From UHGV virus genome UHGV-1804406: DNA of 12,891 bases; one strand, written 5' to 3'. Both the position numbers and the translations under genes were made by a program. The number at the start of each line of letters is the position of its first letter. Within the stretch, counting starts at the first letter, position 1. This stretch comes from a virus. Under the pieces are notes generated by a model that was not told where the DNA came from, did not search any database, and worked only from the letters and a program-made list of their open reading frames with translations. Below are positions 1-5,780 of the stretch, piece by piece.

Positions 1-2615
1 TTTTCCTGTATATCTTTCGCCTGCTGCTCCAGCTCGTCGGCATGGTTTTTGATTTCGTCAGCCATGCCAGCAATTTTTTCATTGCTGTCCACTGCGCTCT
101 CAATCAGATCTTTAAACGTAGCGGAGTCTTTGATCTCCTCCAGGATCACATCGGTGATATCGGAAACATCGATGCTGGCCTGACCTCGCACCCAGTCGGT
201 ATACCCGGACTCGTTTCCCGTTCTGTCGACCAGTTGCGCGCGATACCAGAAAATCTGCCCTGCCTTAAGACCCATCTGCTGATATTTGCGCTGCGGATAA
301 GGCACATCGGCCAGCAGCATGGCATCGTCTTCAGTACCGGTCAGGCTGTACTGAATTTCCGTCTTCAGCGTGTCGTCGGTATTCGCCTGGAATCCCCAGT
401 TCAGCTCGATACCGAACACCACGTTTTCAGAGGCGATAAAGCCAACCGGCTTCGGTGGATTGCCCACTTTACCCGTCAGCGTTTTCTCTTCTGAATAGCC
501 CCATCCGGATGAAATTTCTGCGGCATTGATTGCGCGCACCCGCACCAGGTAACGCCCGGCATAAATCCCCGGGACGTCGAATGACGTGGTGGAGGTGCGC
601 GGCACGTTAACCCAGTTCCCGTCGTTGCGGCGCCATTGCGCTTCATAGGCGATAGCGTTCTGCGCCTGGTCCCAGCTCACGCGCATTGTTTCGACGCTGA
701 TATTTTGCTGAACCACGGAAAACGAGCTGATCACGATATTCGCAGGCGGCGACTGGTTGCCCGGCGGGATCACGCTCACCGGCCGTTGGTCAATGATGGC
801 TCCGGTATCGATACGGGCATATTTATCCGGGTCGTGCCATGCGCCGGTAATCGAGAAAGTGCCATCATTGTTATCGGAAACGCTGACAACACGATACTGC
901 TGCGCGTAAAGCTCGTCAGATTCAACCACCCAAACAGCTTCGGCCTGTGGCGTCTCACTGTATGCCGTGGTGACTGTGACTGATTCCCCGTTCACGGCCT
1001 GAATGGTCCTGCTCTGCGACGCTCCGGAAGGCAGGTTGAGAATAAGGCGATCACCTGGTGCTGCATCAGCTACGCGGTCAAGTTTGATAACGCGACCGTT
1101 AACGGCGCTGATGCGGCCGCCCATAACCTTTCCGGAAAGCAGCTCGTCTGCCACGGCGATGATGTAGCCCGGCTGCGGAATGTTTCCGTCCAGCCCGACA
1201 TCAAACGAAACAACGCGATCCTTGTTATTGGTGAGAATACCCCAGCGCCCCTTTCGGTTCGCCTCTGACTGCCTGGTGCAGCCGATGGCTGTCATTTCCA
1301 GCTGATTGAAGCCGTACCGCGCCACCAGCGCCTGCTCAAATACCGGCTCCATCGCGTCGGCATAAGCGTTACCCGGGTCTGACCATGAAACCAGCGCTGT
1401 GGTGTAGCGGCTTTTCGTGGTGCTGCTCGAATAGGTGAAGCGACCGCCAACAACGTTAGCGCGCGTATAGCTGTAATCAACATCGCGCGGCATGTCAGCC
1501 AGGGCCACAATCTGATCCCCGCCCCAGTAGGTCATGCCACGGAAGATAGCGGCAAAATCACGCAGGACTGTGTAGGCGTCGTTCCGGTCCTGAATGTACA
1601 CGTTGCAGGTATAGCGTGGTTCTGTACCGTTGCCCCCTTTGCCGTCTGGTACCATCTGATCACAATACTGAGCAACCTGATAAAGCGTCCATTTATCAAT
1701 ATTCGCAGCGGTCAAACGGTGCCCAAGGCCGAACCGGTCAGAAACAACCAGGTCGTAAAAAATCCACGCAGGGTTATCCGTCCATGCCCACTTAAACGCA
1801 CCGGTCCATGTACCGCTATAAGTGCGGGTTTCAGGGTCGTAGGTATCTGGAACGCGGATAACGCGGCCGCGCGGTTCGCATGAAATTTGAGGAATAGAGC
1901 CGTTGAACTGGCTTGAGTCGAATTCGACGTAGAGCAGCGCGGTGTTCGGGTAGCGCAGTTTGGCGTCAATCACCTCGGTGAAGCTCTGCAGCATCATCGT
2001 GTCGCCGATCTTCGCGCTGTTGGCGTCAGAGGTAATCTTACGCAGACGTATTGTCCATGTGCTGCCAGCCTGCGGTAAATCGATACGGTGGCTGCGCTCA
2101 TAACCAGACGTCGTTTTGCCGGTCACGCTGGTATTGAGTACCGTCTGCCATGTGCCGCCGTCAGTCTGCAGGTCAATCGCATAATTGACCGAGTAACCCA
2201 CCAGATCGCCGTCGTCTTCCTGTTTGAAAAGCGAGGGCCATTTAAGACGCAGGCGAACTGCTGAAAGCTGCGTATTGGTAAACGTGCGCGTCCAGGCTGT
2301 GGCACTTGATACCTCAGTTCCTACGCTGATCTCGTTTTCGGTACCGGGAATACCCTGAATATATTTTTGCGCCTGCGTTCCCGCGCGAAACTCCCACGTT
2401 ACCCCGCTGAAGTTTTGGGAGCCGTCAGCATTCTCCAGCGCTGTTCCGTCCAGGTAGATATCTTTGCCGGTGAGCTGTCCAGCAAACTCCCCTTCCCCAA
2501 GCGCAACGAGGATTTTTGCCTTCGCTACAGATTGCAGATCATCAGGCTGTTCGGTAGGGGTTCGGGAACTTGAGCTGCCGCCCTTGCGGCCTTTTAACAC
2601 TTTATCTGTAGCCAT
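1..2615 (-). CDS. J: Tail tip / host specificity protein J (central tail fibre), N-terminal ~871 codons; C-terminus lies beyond the window start
   Basis: Open minus-strand frame from ATG at 2615..2613 to the window edge (codons end at position 3); not in the ORF track because it runs off the window. Translation begins MATDKVLKGRKGGSSSSRTPTEQ and contains blocks such as YPNTALL..EFDSSQF and QYCDQMVPDGKGG..TEPRYTCNVY that match my recollection of lambda gpJ. It is in the expected position after I. Weak SD; in-frame stop 2651..2649 upstream rules out a longer N-terminus. Confidence 0.9.
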   Translation of the reverse strand, partial: MATDKVLKGRKGGSSSSRTPTEQPDDLQSVAKAKILVALGEGEFAGQLTGKDIYLDGTALENADGSQNFSGVTWEFRAGTQAQKYIQGIPGTENEISVGTEVSSATAWTRTFTNTQLSAVRLRLKWPSLFKQEDDGDLVGYSVNYAIDLQTDGGTWQTVLNTSVTGKTTSGYERSHRIDLPQAGSTWTIRLRKITSDANSAKIGDTMMLQSFTEVIDAKLRYPNTALLYVEFDSSQFNGSIPQISCEPRGRVIRVPDTYDPETRTYSGTWTGAFKWAWTDNPAWIFYDLVVSDRFGLGHRLTAANIDKWTLYQVAQYCDQMVPDGKGGNGTEPRYTCNVYIQDRNDAYTVLRDFAAIFRGMTYWGGDQIVALADMPRDVDYSYTRANVVGGRFTYSSSTTKSRYTTALVSWSDPGNAYADAMEPVFEQALVARYGFNQLEMTAIGCTRQSEANRKGRWGILTNNKDRVVSFDVGLDGNIPQPGYIIAVADELLSGKVMGGRISAVNGRVIKLDRVADAAPGDRLILNLPSGASQSRTIQAVNGESVTVTTAYSETPQAEAVWVVESDELYAQQYRVVSVSDNNDGTFSITGAWHDPDKYARIDTGAIIDQRPVSVIPPGNQSPPANIVISSFSVVQQNISVETMRVSWDQAQNAIAYEAQWRRNDGNWVNVPRTSTTSFDVPGIYAGRYLVRVRAINAAEISSGWGYSEEKTLTGKVGNPPKPVGFIASENVVFGIELNWGFQANTDDTLKTEIQYSLTGTEDDAMLLADVPYPQRKYQQMGLKAGQIFWYRAQLVDRTGNESGYTDWVRGQASIDVSDITDVILEEIKDSATFKDLIESAVDSNEKIAGMADEIKNHADELEQQAKDIQE

Positions 2616-2626
2616 ATTGCGCCCAT

Positions 2627-2649
2627 AAAAAAGCCACCCAAAGGTGGCT
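2627..2649 (-). terminator. Intrinsic-terminator-like hairpin on the minus strand, 11 nt upstream of the J start codon
   Basis: Plus strand reads AAAAAA-GCCACC-CAAA-GGTGGCT; on the minus-strand RNA this is AGCCACC-UUUG-GGUGGCU followed by a U tract of 5-6. Seven-bp stem 2632-2638/2643-2649. No T run follows on the plus strand, so it is unidirectional. Confidence 0.5.
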
Positions 2650-2780
2650 ACTGTCTGAATATCAGGATGTTACAAATCTAAACACCTGGTTATGTTGTGG
2701 ATTCAGCCCGCCAGCGGTGGGACGCTGGTGAACTCATAACAGGTGGAATGGCTGATTACCTCTGGAAAAAGGAGAAGTAA

Positions 2781-3041
2781 ATGGGTTCGATGTTAGAACT
2801 GGAAAAAGAAGTGGCAGAGCTTAAACAAAAGCTGCTTACGCATGAAATTGCAACTGGCCTGATTCTATCGGACATTGTGAAATTACTGGACATTGCCCGG
2901 CCAGGCGCACTCGATGCTCTGACTAAAAACTATCAGGCAGGGCAAGCAAAAATCCCAGAATCAGCTGCACGTAATGATCCGCACACAATTGATGCGTTCA
3001 CGCGCATCCTTAAAGTTTTAGAGGTGGCATCAAAGAAATAA
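2781..3041 (+). CDS. Hypothetical small protein (86 aa) with predicted N-terminal coiled-coil; the only plus-strand gene candidate, inside the I-J insert
   Basis: ATG at 2781 preceded by AAGGAG with a 6-nt spacer (aaaaAGGAGaagtaaATG). 86 codons, MGSMLELEKEVAELKQKLL... The segment looks AT-richer than the flanking tail genes by eye. No minus-strand ORF of any length covers it (stops in all three minus frames between 2650 and 3010). Function unknown. Confidence 0.55.
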   Translation: MGSMLELEKEVAELKQKLLTHEIATGLILSDIVKLLDIARPGALDALTKNYQAGQAKIPESAARNDPHTIDAFTRILKVLEVASKK

Positions 3042-3327
3042 TTAAATCGAGCTTTTCATTGAATATTTCTTCATGAGTTTTAGCGGCCTCATTCTGGGCC
3101 GCTGTTACCGTTCCACCGAAAACCCCTGCATCACCCTGCGAAATCTTTCCCTCCTTTACTCGCAAACTCCAGCCATTACCGGTGATGGTCGAATGAATAG
3201 CGCCACCTGGCCGTAGTGCGTTCTGAATGGCGGAATTGACGATTGCCGGGTTATGCAGCTCTGCTATCTCCACCTGCAGGCTCGCGATGGTTGCCTCAAG
3301 CATGCTCATGCGCTCTTCTAAAGTCAT
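3010..3327 (-). CDS. Hypothetical small protein (105 aa), N-terminal Leu/Glu-rich helix followed by a Gly-rich segment; lies between I and J in the late operon
   Basis: ATG at 3327..3325 preceded by AGGAGA (caggagaaaactATG), 37 nt downstream of the I stop. Translation MTLEERMSMLEATIASLQVEIAELHNPAIVNSAIQNALRPGGAIHSTITGNGWSLRVKEGK...LKL. The track's longer 184-aa form (to 3564) would overlap I out of frame and lacks an SD. Its 3' end overlaps the plus ORF convergently over 3010..3041. Confidence 0.5.
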   Translation of the reverse strand: MTLEERMSMLEATIASLQVEIAELHNPAIVNSAIQNALRPGGAIHSTITGNGWSLRVKEGKISQGDAGVFGGTVTAAQNEAAKTHEEIFNEKLDLIISLMPPLKL

Positions 3328-3364
3328 AGTTTTCTCCTGCCTATCAGCTAATAAGTTAATTAAT

Positions 3365-3955
3365 TTACTGTTGATCTTCGACATAAATCCCGGCAGAAAT
3401 AATCGCACCGCCGATTTGCCGACGACCATAAAGAAGCGGTACCGGATAGCCCTGCGCGGCGGTGTTGGTGACTCCACCGAACGCGTATGAGGCGCGGTTA
3501 TCTGAACTCTGTTTGCTGGCCAGCCCCGCTGGTTGAGGGGAAAGCATCTGAACAACCCCGCCAATCATCATTGCGGCACCGAATTTGTATAAGAATGGTG
3601 ATGCCGCAGCCCAGGGTGTGAAATTAAGCACCGCCCCAACGGCAACCAGAACTGCACCAAGTATTGTCTGGAGTAATCCGGCCTTTTTGCTCCCGATAAT
3701 CACCGGGACAATGCGAATGACATCGCCGGTGACCGGGTAACCCAGGTCATCAACACCAATATTCTTTTTCCCTTTGAATACTGAATAAGTGAGACCACGG
3801 CGTTGGCTGGAAATCATAAACTGCTCAAAGCCCGGTATAGTCTTTGCCAGCGCAACACTCGCTTCGTTCACGCGGGAAATCAGGCGATGGTGAACTTTAC
3901 CGAATGTTTTCCCGAGCACGCCGCCAAGCTCAATGCGGGTCATTACTTCCTGCAT
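3365..3955 (-). CDS. I: Tail assembly protein I
   Basis: 196-aa ORF in the lambda I position, directly after K. SD AGGTG upstream of ATG 3955. Start overlaps the K stop (TAA 3945..3943) by 13 nt; an alternative in-frame ATG at 3943 is possible. Confidence 0.8.
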   Translation of the reverse strand: MQEVMTRIELGGVLGKTFGKVHHRLISRVNEASVALAKTIPGFEQFMISSQRRGLTYSVFKGKKNIGVDDLGYPVTGDVIRIVPVIIGSKKAGLLQTILGAVLVAVGAVLNFTPWAAASPFLYKFGAAMMIGGVVQMLSPQPAGLASKQSSDNRASYAFGGVTNTAAQGYPVPLLYGRRQIGGAIISAGIYVEDQQ

Positions 3956-4674
3956 GTTTCACCTGCCATTACATCTTTATAGCGAACGATCTTCATTGTG
4001 CGCTCCTGCCAGTATCCGCCATAAGGAACACGTTGACTCAGATGCCCGTAAAGATGGTGCAGCAGCATGTTACCCTCCAGTAAAATCCCGGCATGATTCC
4101 ACTTATCGGCCTGCACCTGCATGATGACGAGGTCCCCTTCCTGAGGCGGACCATCAAACTCCCTGAATCCGCACTCGTACCAGCACTCCTGATAGAAATT
4201 GTCCGGGTAGTCGTTTTCCCACCAGGGATAATCCACCCGGTAATCGTGGAGCTCGATACAGTGGGTCTGCCGGAAATAGCTCATTACCAGACCCCAGCAA
4301 TCGAAGTGGCCAAGCACGAACGGACGCTCCAGCAATGGCAGCTCCCCGCGTGGCTGAATGGTACGTAAATCCCCCTCTGGCCAGCTCACAATATGCCAGG
4401 GCAGCAGCGTTGCATCACACTGCGCCTTATCCAGCTCGCTGGCCTGCGTCGTCGCATCAGGATGGCTGTGAACAATGGCCACCACCGTCCCCCAGTCTTC
4501 TGCCGCTGCGTAATCTTCGGGGGACAGGTGAAAATGTTCAGTCGGCTCTGCTGCGAGATTACGACAGGGAAAATAGCGCTCAACCCGGCTTTTCTGTGCC
4601 ACCACGCCGCAGCACTCTCGCGGATATTCCGCTGCAGCGTGTGCCATGATGGCATCAATGGTTTTCTGGCGCAT
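3943..4674 (-). CDS. K: Tail assembly protein K, with MPN/JAMM-type motif and NlpC/P60-like Cys/His region
   Basis: Start chosen at ATG 4674 (MRQKTIDAIMAHAAAEYPRECCGVV) because it has a strong SD (cAGGAGctgat) and sits 1 nt after the L stop (TGA 4678..4676); the track's upstream start 4713 lies inside L. Contains the JAMM-like HSHPD...S..D motif and conserved Cys/His further on, as in lambda gpK. Confidence 0.85.
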   Translation of the reverse strand: MRQKTIDAIMAHAAAEYPRECCGVVAQKSRVERYFPCRNLAAEPTEHFHLSPEDYAAAEDWGTVVAIVHSHPDATTQASELDKAQCDATLLPWHIVSWPEGDLRTIQPRGELPLLERPFVLGHFDCWGLVMSYFRQTHCIELHDYRVDYPWWENDYPDNFYQECWYECGFREFDGPPQEGDLVIMQVQADKWNHAGILLEGNMLLHHLYGHLSQRVPYGGYWQERTMKIVRYKDVMAGETCRK

Positions 4675-4675
4675 A

Positions 4676-5431
4676 TCAGCTCCTGATAAGAGATGTACCG
4701 GGGAAACCGCCAAACGGCAGCTCGTTGCTGTCTCCGTGCCGGAGCTTGCAGGCCGTCAGCGTGCCGTTGCAGACATCCAGCGATGGATCGTCAACCGGAT
4801 TATTGTTTTTGTCGAAATAGCGCGTTCCGGCATAGTCGCAGCCGTCGCCGGTCCGGTACTTGTTCCGGATGCACCAGCTGCATAACGAATGCAGCTGCCG
4901 CGTGGGTATCATCTGGCCCTGTAAATCCATCGGACTGGAAAGCGTAAATTCAACAGATTCATCCGTCTCGGTGCTTCTGGCATCGATATAAAAGACCTTC
5001 AGCTTTTCCTGTGACGGGTCTGCAGTGGGATTGCCCTGCGGAAAATTTCTGGCGTCCAGATACTGTGCCAGCGTGTCGTGGATACTCACTTTCGCCTGCA
5101 GCAGATCGTCATACGCCAGACAGAGCGCTGAGATCGAGCTGTCCAGGTTCGCCACACTCAGTTTTGGCTGTGGACTGGTACCGTCCGTAGTCGCTTCAAT
5201 ACCCTCAACCTGACACGGCCAGGCTTTATACTCCTCCCCCTGCCACCAGATGGACTTCGCCGGAAGTTTATTCTCATCCCCGCCTGCAGCCTCAATCTCT
5301 TCCGGGGTATGCGCGATATTATGTGCGTGGAAGCGGAGTACATCTGACATACCGAACGCTGTGCCATCGACAGAAAAAAGCCGGACTTCATTGCCCGGCT
5401 CGAGTTTTTGATAATCAGCATTAAGACTCAT
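4676..5431 (-). CDS. L: Minor tail protein L (Cys-rich, lambda gpL-like)
   Basis: 251-aa ORF. Its ATG (5431..5429) overlaps the M stop (5430..5428) in an ATGA arrangement, indicating translational coupling. C-terminal Cys cluster (CSWC...C...C...C) as in lambda gpL, which binds an Fe-S cluster. Confidence 0.85.
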   Translation of the reverse strand: MSLNADYQKLEPGNEVRLFSVDGTAFGMSDVLRFHAHNIAHTPEEIEAAGGDENKLPAKSIWWQGEEYKAWPCQVEGIEATTDGTSPQPKLSVANLDSSISALCLAYDDLLQAKVSIHDTLAQYLDARNFPQGNPTADPSQEKLKVFYIDARSTETDESVEFTLSSPMDLQGQMIPTRQLHSLCSWCIRNKYRTGDGCDYAGTRYFDKNNNPVDDPSLDVCNGTLTACKLRHGDSNELPFGGFPGTSLIRS

Positions 5432-5775
5432 GGTGCAAATGCCTGTTCAAACGTTGCGGTTACGGTTATCACTTTTACGTTTTTAACCACCTTTTTGAGC
5501 GTGTCAGCCTCGACACGCCACAGCGCGGTATCGCCGAAAGGCGGAGTGAAAATAAACGACTTCACTTTATGCCGCCGAAGGAAGGCATGAATTTCATTCG
5601 CTGTAGTCGGATCCCCTGAGAAGGAAAATTCATAGGTGCGAATTTCATCATTCAGACCTGAGCCGCTCACCTGTGCGTAACCGTCGCCGAACTGGACCTT
5701 CCTGACGGTGTCTTTGCTTCCCTCTGTGGGCTGGCTGGAGACCTTAATACCCCAGGAGAATGTTTCTATCGTCAT
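5428..5775 (-). CDS. M: Minor tail protein M
   Basis: 115-aa ORF 5 nt after the H stop (TAA 5783..5781). Contains an RKVQFGDGY block matching my recollection of lambda gpM (RKVRFGDGY). Synteny H-M-L. Confidence 0.85.
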   Translation of the reverse strand: MTIETFSWGIKVSSQPTEGSKDTVRKVQFGDGYAQVSGSGLNDEIRTYEFSFSGDPTTANEIHAFLRRHKVKSFIFTPPFGDTALWRVEADTLKKVVKNVKVITVTATFEQAFAP

Positions 5776-5780
5776 AACTG

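Noticed and set aside
42-983. Plus-strand ORFs 42..494 and 636..983 (150 and 115 aa)
   Set aside because: They lie entirely antisense to the J coding sequence, have no convincing ribosome-binding site and have low-complexity, Arg-rich translations typical of shadow ORFs.
3082-3103. Hairpin AGCGGCC-N8-GGCCGCT downstream of the plus ORF, as a possible plus-strand terminator
   Set aside because: No U tract follows on the plus strand, and it lies inside the minus-strand 105-aa coding region, so it is not a convincing intrinsic terminator.
3010-3564. Long 184-aa form of the minus-strand ORF, starting at 3564
   Set aside because: Its N-terminal 79 codons overlap the 3' end of gene I out of frame and lack an SD. 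The internal ATG at 3327 with AGGAGA is a better start.
3943-4713. Longer K start at 4713 (256 aa) and longer FI start at 11583 (150 aa)
   Set aside because: Both upstream ATGs fall inside the preceding gene or an intergenic stem-loop and lack an SD. The internal ATGs chosen have strong SDs and give N-termini that resemble the lambda proteins.
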